From contig CBDAVP010000005.1 of NCBI GenBank assembly GCA_965201075.1, positions 1 through 64,000 on the forward strand: DNA of 64,000 nucleotides, in the 5' to 3' direction. This DNA comes from Isosphaeraceae bacterium (GTDB lineage: Bacteria > Planctomycetota > Planctomycetia > Isosphaerales > Isosphaeraceae). The position numbers were made by a program, and so were the translations under genes. This document shows, piece after piece, positions 20,827 to 30,463 of this stretch. The notes under the pieces are model-generated. The model had not been told where the DNA came from, did not search any database, and was given only the letters and a program-made list of their open reading frames with translations. Each line of letters opens with the position of its first letter. Positions within the stretch are counted from its first letter, which is position 1.

Positions 20827-21543
20827 TCAGGCCAGCCGACGCCGTCGCCGGACGGCCACGACAACCAGAAGAGAAGAGGCCGCCAGCGTCGCCGATGCGG
20901 GTTCGGGGACCGCGGCCGGGACGATCCGTATGTCGTCAATCCCGATGATGTCGTTGCCAGCATGGATCGTCAGGCTGGTAATCGACTTCCCCACGTCGGT
21001 GAACCCCAAGAACGTGATTCCCGTCCTGGGATTGTCGATCGGCACGACCTGTTGCGAGCCATCGGAGAAGAAAATCGTCTCTCCGCTGAACTGAACTCCG
21101 GTAAAGTAAGCACGAAACGCCTGGATCGGCCTGCTGAAGGTGAGGACAACCTCGCTCCCCTGGAGTGTGAGAAACTTCCGTCCACCCTCAGTCGTGTCGT
21201 AACCATATGCGCTGTCGGGCGTCCCGAGTGAGTCAGCCGTGATGATTGGGCGGTTCGCCTCCGTCGCCGATGGGGCCGTGATGGTTAGGCCCGGATTGAG
21301 GCTCAGTGAGGAAAACTCGCCCAGCGGGGCGGCGCCGAATGTGTAAACTGTGACGGGGCCCAAGCTCGAAGCGACCTGGCTAAAAACCTGGGCCTTGGCG
21401 TCGGAGTTAGGACGCTGATCGGTCGAGCCAGCACCCGAATCCGACGCGGAATAGACCACTAGATCCGCTCGAGACGACTGGCAAACCCATCCCAAGGACG
21501 CGGATAGGCAAAATACCATGCTGATCGAAAGCTTCGCCTTCAT
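20827..21543 (-). CDS. PEP-CTERM sorting domain surface protein
   Basis: Signal peptide MKAKLSISMVF..SRAD; C-terminal VPEPAS + hydrophobic helix + RRRRR. Confidence 0.92.
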   Translation of the reverse strand: MKAKLSISMVFCLSASLGWVCQSSRADLVVYSASDSGAGSTDQRPNSDAKAQVFSQVASSLGPVTVYTFGAAPLGEFSSLSLNPGLTITAPSATEANRPIITADSLGTPDSAYGYDTTEGGRKFLTLQGSEVVLTFSRPIQAFRAYFTGVQFSGETIFFSDGSQQVVPIDNPRTGITFLGFTDVGKSITSLTIHAGNDIIGIDDIRIVPAAVPEPASATLAASSLLVVVAVRRRRRLA

Positions 21544-21834
21544 GGGTCTGATCCAAAGTGGAATAAAAAGGCAGAAAGTGAGCGTGAAAAATACGGCAGG
21601 CGATCCCCAACCGCAACCCTCGTGGCCGAAACTCAACATCACGAGCGAAAACACAAAAATTCGACTTTTCTTTGGTTCAGGTAGGGCAAGGATGCGTCAC
21701 GACGATCTGGCAACGTGTTGCCGTTTCTTCCAAAACCAATCCGACGCAATTCGTGAGGCGTCGTTGAAGCAGCCCGAGCGTGGCCAGGTCTGCTCTGGTG
21801 ATCCGCGTTCCTGATCGCGTGGAGGCCGTCCGGT

Positions 21835-23571
21835 ATGCTCGACAATGCCACGCAAAACCTAATTGCCCTGATGGGAATCTATGCCCTGATGGCGGCCAGC
21901 CTGGCGATCGTCAACGGCGTGGCGGGCCAGTTCTCGCTAGGTCATGCGGCATTTCAGAGCGTGGGTGCCTATGCGTCGGCGTTGGCATTCGCGCTGGTGT
22001 TCGCTGATGCCAGTGGCGAGGTCGCCTCGGTCGCCTCGACCCGGGGATGGCTCGGGGCGTGGTTGGCGATTGGTCTGGGAGGGATCGTTGCCGCGGCAAC
22101 GGGCTGGGTCGTGGCGTTGCCGTGCTTGCGACTGCGAGGGGATTACCTAGCCATCGCCACCTTGGGATTCAACGAGATCCTTGGCGTCCTGATCCGCGCC
22201 CAGGGTCCGATCGGACGGGTCGATCCGGGAGGACCACGGGGATTCAATGACATCCCTCGCGGGCTGGCGGCGGGAACCCCGGCGATCTTCCTGGTGCTGG
22301 TTCTGGTGATGATCGCCTTCTGGCGGCTACTGCGGAGTCGGCGTGGCCGGGCCTTCGAGGCGATCCGCGAGGACGAAGTGGCGGCCGAGGCCGTGGGCAT
22401 CGACGGAACGCGGACCAAAGTCCTGGCGTTCGTCCTGGCGGCGGGGGTCGCGGGACTCGCGGGCGGTCTTTACGCCTTCCACTTCGGGTCGATCAGTGAC
22501 CGGGCCTTCGACGTGGCCCATTCGATCGACTACGTCGTGATGGTGCTCCTCGGCGGAGGCCGTCCCCTGGGCGCGGCGGCGGCGGCGGTCGTCCTGACCC
22601 TCGTCAACGACCAGTTCCGCGGTCTGGACACTCAACGGATGGTGGCCTACGGGTTCTTCCTGGTTTGGCTCATGGTGTCGAGAACGCCGGCCCTGGCCGG
22701 ACGCCTCCGGTGGCCGATTTCCCCATTCGTGAACGCCAAACCAACGCCAGCCGCAACCGGCTCGGACCTCGACGAATTGCCTCACAATCCCGAGAGGGGA
22801 GTCGAGAGCCGGCCATTGCTGGTGTGCCGGGGGATTACCGCTCGGTTCGGGGGACTGACGGCGGTCGAGGGGCTCGATCTGGAGGTGGCTTCCGGCGAAT
22901 GCGTCGGTTTGATCGGGCCCAACGGCGCCGGGAAGAGTACGGTTTTCAACCTCATCAGCGGAGTTTACCGCCCGACCACCGGCTCGATCGCCCTTGAGGG
23001 CCGACGAGTCGATGGCGTCCGACCGCATCGGGTGGTGCTGGCGGGCCTGGGCCGGACGTTCCAGAACATCCGCCTCTTCGACGGGATGACGGTCCTGGAC
23101 AACCTCCGGGCGGCGACCCTGGGCCGGATCCCGGTTCCCCTCGCTTCGGCGATCCTGGGTCGCGATGGGGGGGTGAACGTCGACAGGGAATGCCTGGGCC
23201 TCCTGAGACGGTTTGGCCTGGCGGACCGGTACGGTTGGCGTGCGCGGGACCTGTCCTATGGAGATCGCCGCCGTCTGGAGATCGCCCGGGCGTTGGCGAC
23301 TCGCCCCACGATCCTGCTCCTGGATGAGCCGGCCGCGGGCCTCAACCCCTCCGAGAAGCGAGACCTCCGCGACCAACTCAACGCGCTCCTTACCGGAACC
23401 GATCGGCTCGCCCTGCTGATCGTCGAGCATGACATGCCGTTCCTGCTTGGCCTCTGCGACCGATTGGTGGTACTGGAACAGGGCCGCAAGATCGCCGACG
23501 GACCGCCAGACCTCGTCCGGGCCGACCCGCTGGTAATCGAGGCGTATCTCGGTTCGGAGGACGAGGCATGA
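21835..23571 (+). CDS. Fusion: LivM-like permease + LivG-like ATPase
   Basis: GGAGG RBS; permease motifs GQFSLGHAAF, LRGDYLAIATLGF, AIREDEVAA; then ATPase motifs GPNGAGKST, RTFQNIRLF, LLLDEPAAGLN, VIEAYLG. Confidence 0.9.
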   Translation: MLDNATQNLIALMGIYALMAASLAIVNGVAGQFSLGHAAFQSVGAYASALAFALVFADASGEVASVASTRGWLGAWLAIGLGGIVAAATGWVVALPCLRLRGDYLAIATLGFNEILGVLIRAQGPIGRVDPGGPRGFNDIPRGLAAGTPAIFLVLVLVMIAFWRLLRSRRGRAFEAIREDEVAAEAVGIDGTRTKVLAFVLAAGVAGLAGGLYAFHFGSISDRAFDVAHSIDYVVMVLLGGGRPLGAAAAAVVLTLVNDQFRGLDTQRMVAYGFFLVWLMVSRTPALAGRLRWPISPFVNAKPTPAATGSDLDELPHNPERGVESRPLLVCRGITARFGGLTAVEGLDLEVASGECVGLIGPNGAGKSTVFNLISGVYRPTTGSIALEGRRVDGVRPHRVVLAGLGRTFQNIRLFDGMTVLDNLRAATLGRIPVPLASAILGRDGGVNVDRECLGLLRRFGLADRYGWRARDLSYGDRRRLEIARALATRPTILLLDEPAAGLNPSEKRDLRDQLNALLTGTDRLALLIVEHDMPFLLGLCDRLVVLEQGRKIADGPPDLVRADPLVIEAYLGSEDEA

Positions 23572-24305
23572 GCCCCCCTTCCCTGGCGATTCGCGGACTG
23601 GGCGTCTCGTATGGGCCGTTCGTCGCCTTGCGGGAGGTGAATCTCGACGTCGGGCCGGGCGAGGCCGTCGCCTTGATTGGTGCCAACGGAGCGGGCAAGT
23701 CCACCTTGCTGAGGGCGTTGAGCCGACTCGTCGCCGCGTCCGGCTCGGCCCTGCTCGGGCGGGGCGCCGAGTCGATCCAACTGCTGGATCGACCGGCTCA
23801 TGCGGTCGCGGCCCTGGGGATCGCCCACGTTCCCGAAGGCCGGGGGGTGTTCCCGAACCTCAGTGTCCTCGACAACTTGCGGATGGGCGCCTTCCTCCGA
23901 CGCGACCGGACCGGTATCGCCGACGACCTGGAACGCCGGTTGAACGAGTTTCCCCGCCTTCGGGAACGCCGTGATCGTGCCGCGTCGACCCTCTCCGGAG
24001 GCGAGCAGCAGATGCTGGCCATCGCCCGAGCGCTGATGGGCCGGCCGGGTCTGCTGTTGCTGGACGAACCATCCCTGGGTCTGGCGCCAAAACTCGTCCG
24101 CGAGGTTTTCGCGACTCTGGAACGACTTCGGGACGGGGGAATGACGATTTTGCTGGTCGAGCAAAACGCCCGGCTGGCCCTGAAACTGGCCAGCCGGGCG
24201 TATGTCCTTGAACGGGGAGAGATCGTCCTGACCGGCCCTTCCGCCGCCCTATCCGTCGATCCGAAGGTCCGGGCGGCTTACCTGGGGGCCTTGCCTGGTG
24301 GTTGA
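23568..24305 (+). CDS. livF: LivF-like ABC ATPase
   Basis: GANGAGKST, HVPEGRGVF, LSGGEQQMLAIAR, DEPSLGLAP and LVEQNA. ATGA overlap with the previous gene. Confidence 0.92.
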   Translation: MSPPSLAIRGLGVSYGPFVALREVNLDVGPGEAVALIGANGAGKSTLLRALSRLVAASGSALLGRGAESIQLLDRPAHAVAALGIAHVPEGRGVFPNLSVLDNLRMGAFLRRDRTGIADDLERRLNEFPRLRERRDRAASTLSGGEQQMLAIARALMGRPGLLLLDEPSLGLAPKLVREVFATLERLRDGGMTILLVEQNARLALKLASRAYVLERGEIVLTGPSAALSVDPKVRAAYLGALPGG

Positions 24306-24323
24306 ATCGCCTCGGTGGGTCTA

Positions 24324-25364
24324 TCAGAATGAGTCGGCGGAGACGACCTCATTACCATTGATGGTGCCCAGCGCCCGCCAGGCTTGGAGGTTGATTGAGT
24401 TTTTGAAGAACCGGACGCTGCCGTCGCCGAACAACCCATTCACTCCGCCGGGGTGGAAGCTGCGGGCGGTAACGATCGAGAAGGTCGGTCCTCCGTCGTC
24501 CTCGTCCTCCGAAGTAAAGTCGGTATCGACTGGAGGATTCCCATTGGGGGCCTTGGTGTTCGGCGGCAGGGCGGTGGTGAACCCATCGTAGAACGAGTTT
24601 CCGTTGACCCAGCGAGTATGCCCCTGCGCCGGGGCCCGCCCGCAGCCGGTGGCCGCGGCCGTCAGAACGTTGAGCGCGGAGGCGAGGTCCGGTGAGGCCA
24701 GGGGGATCGCCAGGGCGGCCGGGACGACCGACGGACAATCGTGATAGGCCTGGGTATACGCTTTGACTTCGGCCGACAGCAGCGACTGCGAAAGGCCATC
24801 AGTGAAGGCCGCCAGGGGGCGGCTGGCGTTGGCCTGGAAGGCACCCCGGTTCTGAGGACCTCCCGCCATGAAGGTGTACCAATCCCCCACGTTCCACGGG
24901 TAGTTGGAGATCCCGTAGGTTGAGACCACCCCCGCGGCGCTGGTGCTGGTGAACGGGTCCGAGTGGATTTCGCTCGGGCAGTTGAAGGTCGCGATCGTCT
25001 GCCTCGCCGCTGTGGAATTCATCAGGCTGCTCGTCGGCTGCGTGTAATTGATCGCGTTGTAGAGCGAGGATTGCTCCAGGAACGGCGCGACTCGGGACGA
25101 AACCCCCCACTGCGATTTCCAGGTCACGGTGCCCCCGGTGATCTGGAGAACCTGTTGCGGCGGCAAGGAGCCGTTGCTTGACTCATAATTCATCATCGCC
25201 AGGCCGAGTTGCTTCAAGTTATTGGTGCATTGAGCCCGCCTGGCCGCCTCCCGAGCCGCCTGCACCGCCGGCAGCAAAAGACCAATCAGGACGCCGATAA
25301 TCGCGATCACCACCAACAATTCAATCAGGGTAAAACCAGGCCGTTTACGTCGCACGTCTTCCAT
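24324..25364 (-). CDS. DUF1559 prepilin-type N-terminal cleavage/methylation protein (H-X9-DG)
   Basis: [70 protein letters not shown]. Confidence 0.96.
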   Translation of the reverse strand: MEDVRRKRPGFTLIELLVVIAIIGVLIGLLLPAVQAAREAARRAQCTNNLKQLGLAMMNYESSNGSLPPQQVLQITGGTVTWKSQWGVSSRVAPFLEQSSLYNAINYTQPTSSLMNSTAARQTIATFNCPSEIHSDPFTSTSAAGVVSTYGISNYPWNVGDWYTFMAGGPQNRGAFQANASRPLAAFTDGLSQSLLSAEVKAYTQAYHDCPSVVPAALAIPLASPDLASALNVLTAAATGCGRAPAQGHTRWVNGNSFYDGFTTALPPNTKAPNGNPPVDTDFTSEDEDDGGPTFSIVTARSFHPGGVNGLFGDGSVRFFKNSINLQAWRALGTINGNEVVSADSF

Positions 25365-25410
25365 CCCAATCTTGGGCCGACAACCCTCGCGGGGACCAAC
25401 CGTCGAGGAT

Positions 25411-25425
25411 TGAGACTCAGTCTCA
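25411..25425. promoter_or_regulatory. Perfect 7-1-7 palindrome TGAGACT-C-AGTCTCA, putative repressor site
   Basis: Seen directly, about 47 bp upstream of the DUF1559 start codon. Confidence 0.6.
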
Positions 25426-25510
25426 TCGTATGGGAACGATTATCCCGAACCAGCGAGCCCTTGCAAGAGGCTGGTTGGTGGTTGGATCAAACTTTCGGGC
25501 GTGAATGGCG

Positions 25511-26203
25511 TTATCGCTCGAAGGAGAGCAATCGCGGGATTCGGTCCTCGACGACCAGGAAGCTGCCGCCGAGGTGCCAGGACCCGAGGATCATGAGGCG
25601 GGGCGGCCCGGGTTCGTCGACGAGGGAATGGACGTGGCCGAAGACGACAAGGTCGGGAGCCGGCCGGAGGGTTTCGGCGTAAGCCCGGTAACGGTGGAGG
25701 TGGCGTTCCTCGTCCTGGGAACGATGGCCCGCGTTCTTGCGATCCAGGGCGCGGTCCAGGAGACCGGCCAGCGTGGCGGGAATGGCTGAAAATCCGGCGA
25801 GGAAGGCTCGACTCTCCATCCCCGCCTTCCAGGCCGAGCGGGCGCCCAGATTGTGGCCGTGAACCAGATGAAGGCGGAGGCCCGAGACCTCCAGTTCCCA
25901 AGGCTCCGCGACGAGCCGCGCGCCAAGGACCCTGGCGTAAAAGGGGCCGAGCCAGGTGTCGTGATTGCCTAGCAGAATGGTCAGCTCGCCACCGCGAGCC
26001 CGGTAAGCGGCCAACGCTCGCATGCCGTCGCAAACGTTGGGATCGAGATGCCGTTGTCGAGCGGCGAACCAAAAGTCGCAAAGGTCTCCGACGATTGTCA
26101 AAGGGTCGTGGGGGGCCAGGGCGTCAACGAATCGGGCGAAGCGTCTTCCGCGGTCAGGACGGTCGAGTCGCAGGTGGACATCACTGGCAAAATAGGCGGG
26201 CAT
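25511..26203 (-). CDS. LpxH-like metallophosphoesterase (UDP-2,3-diacylglucosamine hydrolase family)
   Basis: ASDVHL, GDLCDFW, GNHD, HGH, FGHVH and LGSW. Confidence 0.8.
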   Translation of the reverse strand: MPAYFASDVHLRLDRPDRGRRFARFVDALAPHDPLTIVGDLCDFWFAARQRHLDPNVCDGMRALAAYRARGGELTILLGNHDTWLGPFYARVLGARLVAEPWELEVSGLRLHLVHGHNLGARSAWKAGMESRAFLAGFSAIPATLAGLLDRALDRKNAGHRSQDEERHLHRYRAYAETLRPAPDLVVFGHVHSLVDEPGPPRLMILGSWHLGGSFLVVEDRIPRLLSFER

Positions 26204-26209
26204 TGGCGG

Positions 26210-27094
26210 TCAGGCGGCTTCCCAGGGGAAAAGGATGGGGGCGGACAAAGGCCGGGCACGCCGACCGGGCTGGATGAGAGAGGGGATCGAGGGAAGCTCC
26301 TGAGCCGCCGCGTGCAGGCGAGCCCGTCGTCCGGCGGCCCTCAGCGCGTCGCGAGCGGCGGCCAGGGCCAAGGGCGGGCGATTGCACTGGCGGCTCAGGT
26401 GCAACAGAATCACGTGGCGGACCGCCTCGGGATGGGAGCGGCTCAACACCGCCGAGATCAATGCCGCCCCCTGGTCATTGGACAGGTGGCCGCGATCGCC
26501 GAGGTTGCGGGCGATCAGGTAGGGCGACCGACCGGACTGTCGCTGAAGGTCGATGTCGTGGTTGAACTCGATGGCCAGGAGATCGGCATCGGCGAGGGCG
26601 TCGGCGGTGGCGTCGGTCCAGGAACCGGTGTCGGCCGCGTAGCCGAGGGCCGCCCGCCGGCCGCGTCTCGCGGAAGACCCCTCGATGCGAAACCCAAAAC
26701 AGGGGCCGCCATCGTGGCGTAGCGGGAATGGCTCGACGCGCAGGCCGTTGGGGGCGAGGAAGGGTTGAGCCTCGTAAGTCCGCACCCGATCCGCCCGTTC
26801 CAGGGCGGCGAATCCGGCATGACGGCTCAGGGAGGCCCGATGCCCCTCGTGGCAATAGAGGGGGACGCCCAACCGGGCCATGAGCCTCAGCGAGGCGTCG
26901 GAGACATGGTCGCCGTGGGTGTGGGTCAGGAGCACTCCGGAGACGCGGTCCCACGCCGAGCCGATGAGTTCGAGTCGAGCGGCGAGGGACCGGGGCCCCA
27001 GGCCCAGGTCGATCAGGAGCCCCGAACCGCCAGCGTGGACCCAGGACGCATTCCCACCCGAGCCGCTGGCCAGCGTCGCGAACTGCAAGGGCAT
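26210..27094 (-). CDS. MBL-fold metallo-hydrolase (YycJ/WalJ-like)
   Basis: LASGSGGN, LTHTHGDH, HD, DTG, EFNHD, GHLSN and HLSRQCN. Confidence 0.9.
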   Translation of the reverse strand: MPLQFATLASGSGGNASWVHAGGSGLLIDLGLGPRSLAARLELIGSAWDRVSGVLLTHTHGDHVSDASLRLMARLGVPLYCHEGHRASLSRHAGFAALERADRVRTYEAQPFLAPNGLRVEPFPLRHDGGPCFGFRIEGSSARRGRRAALGYAADTGSWTDATADALADADLLAIEFNHDIDLQRQSGRSPYLIARNLGDRGHLSNDQGAALISAVLSRSHPEAVRHVILLHLSRQCNRPPLALAAARDALRAAGRRARLHAAAQELPSIPSLIQPGRRARPLSAPILFPWEAA

Positions 27095-27252
27095 GGGCTT
27101 GGATCCGACTTGGGCGCGGAGAGTGGCGGCCGGAGGCATCCCTTCGCCCGGGCCGTTCCGAGCGGAATTTTAGGAGGATTTCTCGGGTCGGGCAAGACGG
27201 GCCGCGTCCGCCCGTGTAAGGTAAGCCGAGGGAGGACCGGGAGGGCCGGCTT

Positions 27253-27885
27253 TTGTCGAGAGTGATCCCCTCAACGCATCCGCTAGTCGCCGCGAAATTG
27301 GTGGGCCTGCGCGCCCCGGGCACCCCTCCGGCCGAGTTTCGGTCGTTGGTCCGCGCCCTGGCGACCTTGATCGCCGTGGAGGCCACCTCCGACCTTGCCA
27401 CCCGCGGTGTCGCGGTCCCCACCCCCCTGGGAACCGCCAATGGTCGAGAGCTGGTCGACGTCATCGGCATCGTACCGATCCTGCGTGCCGGCCTGGGGAT
27501 GGCCGAGGGAGTGCTTGACCTTTTGCCGGATGCCGAGGTCCGCCACCTGGGTCTGTATCGAGACGAGACGACCCTGGAGCCTCAGGAGTATTACCACCGG
27601 GCCCCAGGCCATTGTCGGATGACGCTCGCCCTGATCGTGGACCCGATGCTAGCGACCGGGGGGTCGGCCGTGCATGCCTGCGAGGTCGTGCGAAGTTGGG
27701 GCGTTTCGAGGATCAAAGTGTTGTCGCTGATCGCCGCGCCGGAAGGGATTGGCCGGCTGGGAGCGGCTTGCCCGGACGTGTCGATTCATGTCGGGGTCAT
27801 TGACGAACGGCTCAACGATGTCGGGTTCATCCACCCCGGCCTCGGCGATGCCGGAGACCGCCAGTTCGGGACATACGACTCGTGA
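27253..27885 (+). CDS. upp: Uracil phosphoribosyltransferase
   Basis: HPLV, VPILRAGLGM, GLYRDETTL, DPMLATGGS and PGLGDAGDR. Confidence 0.97.
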   Translation: MSRVIPSTHPLVAAKLVGLRAPGTPPAEFRSLVRALATLIAVEATSDLATRGVAVPTPLGTANGRELVDVIGIVPILRAGLGMAEGVLDLLPDAEVRHLGLYRDETTLEPQEYYHRAPGHCRMTLALIVDPMLATGGSAVHACEVVRSWGVSRIKVLSLIAAPEGIGRLGAACPDVSIHVGVIDERLNDVGFIHPGLGDAGDRQFGTYDS

Positions 27886-29183
27886 GGGCCGTCGACCTGA
27901 TCCGCAAAAAGCGGGACGGGGGCACCTTGACGCCCGAGGAAATCGGCTGGCTGATCGCCGCGCCAGAGGTGCCCGACTACCAGTGGTCGGCCCTCTTGAT
28001 GGCGATCGTCTGGCGGGGGATGAACGAGGCTGAGACGGTTGCTTTGACCGAGGCGATGCTTCACTCCGGGACGGTGGTTGACCTGTCGGGCATCGCTGGG
28101 CGGAAGATCGACAAGCACAGCACCGGCGGGGTGGGAGACAAAACGTCGTTGATCCTGGCGCCGATCGCCGCGGCGTGTGGGGTGCCGGTGCCGATGGTCT
28201 CGGGTCGCGGCCTGGGGCATACCGGCGGGACCCTCGACAAGCTGGAGTCGATCCCGGGTTTCCGTACCAATATAAACCTGAGGCGTTACCGGGAAGTGCT
28301 GGAGCAGTGCGGTCTCGTCCTGGCCGGACAGACCGCCGAGATTGCCCCGGCCGACGGCCGCCTCTATGCCTTGCGGGACGCGACGGCGACGGTGGAAGCG
28401 ATTCCGCTCCTCGCCTCGTCGATCCTCTCCAAGAAGCTGGCCGAGGGGATCGACGGGTTGGTCCTGGACGTGAAGGCCGGCAACGGGGCATTCCTGCCTC
28501 CCGAGGAGGAAGCCCGAGAGCTGGCTCGAACTCTCTGCCAAATCGGGCGGAACCTGGGTAAGTCGGTCGTGGCCCTGCTGACGAGGATGGACCAGCCGCT
28601 CGGCAAGGCCGTGGGCAACGCGGTTGAGGTCGCTGAAAGTCTGGCTTGCTTGCGGGGCGAGGGGCCCGCCGACCTGATGAAGCTTTCGCTGGAGTTGGCC
28701 GCCGAGATGGTGCTGATGGGTGGGGTCGCCGGGACGATCCATGAGGCCCGCGAACGTTGCCAAGCAACGATCGTCGACGGCTCGGCTCTGGACCGGTTTC
28801 GCCGAGTGATCGAGGCGCAGGGGGGCGATCCCCGGGTGGTGGACGATCCCCAAAGGTTGCCGCAACCCAGTCGGTCGGTCGACGTGCTGTCGCCACGCTC
28901 CGGTTACGTCCAGAAGCTGTTCGCCCGGCCGATCGGCCTCGCGACGATGAAGTTGGGGGCGGGGCGATCGCGGATGGACTCGCCGATCGACCCGGCCGTG
29001 GGAGTCGTCCTTCATCGCAAGGTCGGGGACGCGGTCGTGGCCGGGGAACCGCTCTGCACCTTGCTGGTCAATGACGAGACGCGGTTCGCCGAGGCGATGA
29101 CCTTGATTCAGGACTCCTACCTACTGGGGGACGAACCGGTCATTCCGCCCCCCCTTATCTTTGAACGGATGGGGGAGCCGTGA
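27882..29183 (+). CDS. pdp: Pyrimidine-nucleoside/thymidine phosphorylase
   Basis: IRKKRDG, DKHSTGGVGDK, SGRGLGHTGGTLDKLESIPG and SILSKKLA. Confidence 0.96.
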   Translation: MRAVDLIRKKRDGGTLTPEEIGWLIAAPEVPDYQWSALLMAIVWRGMNEAETVALTEAMLHSGTVVDLSGIAGRKIDKHSTGGVGDKTSLILAPIAAACGVPVPMVSGRGLGHTGGTLDKLESIPGFRTNINLRRYREVLEQCGLVLAGQTAEIAPADGRLYALRDATATVEAIPLLASSILSKKLAEGIDGLVLDVKAGNGAFLPPEEEARELARTLCQIGRNLGKSVVALLTRMDQPLGKAVGNAVEVAESLACLRGEGPADLMKLSLELAAEMVLMGGVAGTIHEARERCQATIVDGSALDRFRRVIEAQGGDPRVVDDPQRLPQPSRSVDVLSPRSGYVQKLFARPIGLATMKLGAGRSRMDSPIDPAVGVVLHRKVGDAVVAGEPLCTLLVNDETRFAEAMTLIQDSYLLGDEPVIPPPLIFERMGEP

Positions 29184-30463
29184 TGCGCCGTTGGCGTTGG
29201 GCGGCGCTGGGTTTGGCGAGTCTTGTCGTCGGGGCGGGGGCCACGTCGTCGGTTTCGTTCTCCTCCGACAAGTTGCGAGGATTGGCGGGGATCGCGGCGA
29301 TTTTGGGGTTGGCCATGGCCCTTTCGGAAAATCGGCGGGCCATCCGGAGACGAACGGTCATTTGGGGCTTGGTGTTGCAGTGGGGATTTGCGCTGGTGGT
29401 TCTGCGGTCGGCTCGCGGGCGACGGGCCTTGGAGGTGGCTGGCAAGGTGGTGGAAACGGTCCTGTCCTGCGCCAGTGAAGGGGCGGCGTTCGTTTTCGGG
29501 CCGAAGTTGGTCGATCCGGACGGCCCCGCGGGGTTCGTGTTCGCCTTTCGGGTCTTGCCCACGGTGATCTTCATCTCGGCCCTGTTCGCGGTGTTATATC
29601 ATCTGGGGATCATGCAGTGGGTCGTCCGGGGATTCGCCTGGGTGATGCTTCGGCTGCTGGGAGCGAGCGGGGCGGAGTCACTGGATGTCGCCGCGTCGCT
29701 CTTCCTGGGACAAACCGAGGCACCGCTGACGATCCGCCCGTTCCTGCCCAAGATGACGCGGTCGGAACTGTTGACCGTGATGACGGCGGGGATGGCGCAC
29801 GTATCGGGGGGCGTGATGCCCGCTTATATGCATGCCGGGGCCGACGCCAAGTTGCTGTTAACGGCGGTCATCATGACGGCTCCTGGGGCGATTCTGCTGG
29901 CGAAGATCCTCATTCCCGAGACCGAGGTTCCGGAGACGCTCGGTCGGTTGGAGGCCGACGCGATGCCCCGGGACGCCAACCTGCTCGATGCAGCGGCGCG
30001 GGGGACTCGCGAGGGGCTGGGCCTGGCGCTAAATATCGCCGCGATCTTGATCTCCTTCCTGGCGCTCATCGCCCTCGTCGACCGCATGCTAGGGGCTTTT
30101 GGTTGGACCCTGGCGGCTTTGCTGGGGGTCTCCTTGGCCCCGGTGGCGTGGCTGTTGGGTATCCCCTGGCGGGACTGCCGGGCGGTCGGCGGCCTGCTGG
30201 GGACCCGCATGGTGCTGAACGAGTTGATTGCCTTCGACGCCCTGGGCAAACTCAAGGGTCAGTTGGACCCCCGATCGTTCTCGGTGGCGACGTTCGCGTT
30301 GTGCGGTTTCGCCAACCTCAGTTCGATCGGCATCCAACTCGGCGGCATCGGGGCGCTGGCTCCGGGACGGACCGGCGACCTGGCCCGGTTGGGGCTTCGC
30401 GCGTTACTGGCCGGCACCCTGGCGAACTACCTTTCGGCGTGCATCGCGGGGATTTTGCTGTGA
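29180..30463 (+). CDS. nupC: NupC/CNT family nucleoside transporter
   Basis: FAFRVLPTVIF, GQTEAPL, NELIAF and FALCGFANLSSIGI. Confidence 0.93.
   Translation: MMRRWRWAALGLASLVVGAGATSSVSFSSDKLRGLAGIAAILGLAMALSENRRAIRRRTVIWGLVLQWGFALVVLRSARGRRALEVAGKVVETVLSCASEGAAFVFGPKLVDPDGPAGFVFAFRVLPTVIFISALFAVLYHLGIMQWVVRGFAWVMLRLLGASGAESLDVAASLFLGQTEAPLTIRPFLPKMTRSELLTVMTAGMAHVSGGVMPAYMHAGADAKLLLTAVIMTAPGAILLAKILIPETEVPETLGRLEADAMPRDANLLDAAARGTREGLGLALNIAAILISFLALIALVDRMLGAFGWTLAALLGVSLAPVAWLLGIPWRDCRAVGGLLGTRMVLNELIAFDALGKLKGQLDPRSFSVATFALCGFANLSSIGIQLGGIGALAPGRTGDLARLGLRALLAGTLANYLSACIAGILL

Noticed and set aside
21707..21724. Possible sigma-54 promoter (TGGCA..TTGC) near the PEP-CTERM gene
   Set aside because: GG-to-GC spacing is one base short of the -24/-12 requirement on both strands; kept only as a palindrome.
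29617..30459. Apparent long N-terminal fusion on PNP (567-aa ORF)
   Set aside because: Alternative frame over nupC; the true start is the GTG overlapping the nupC stop.
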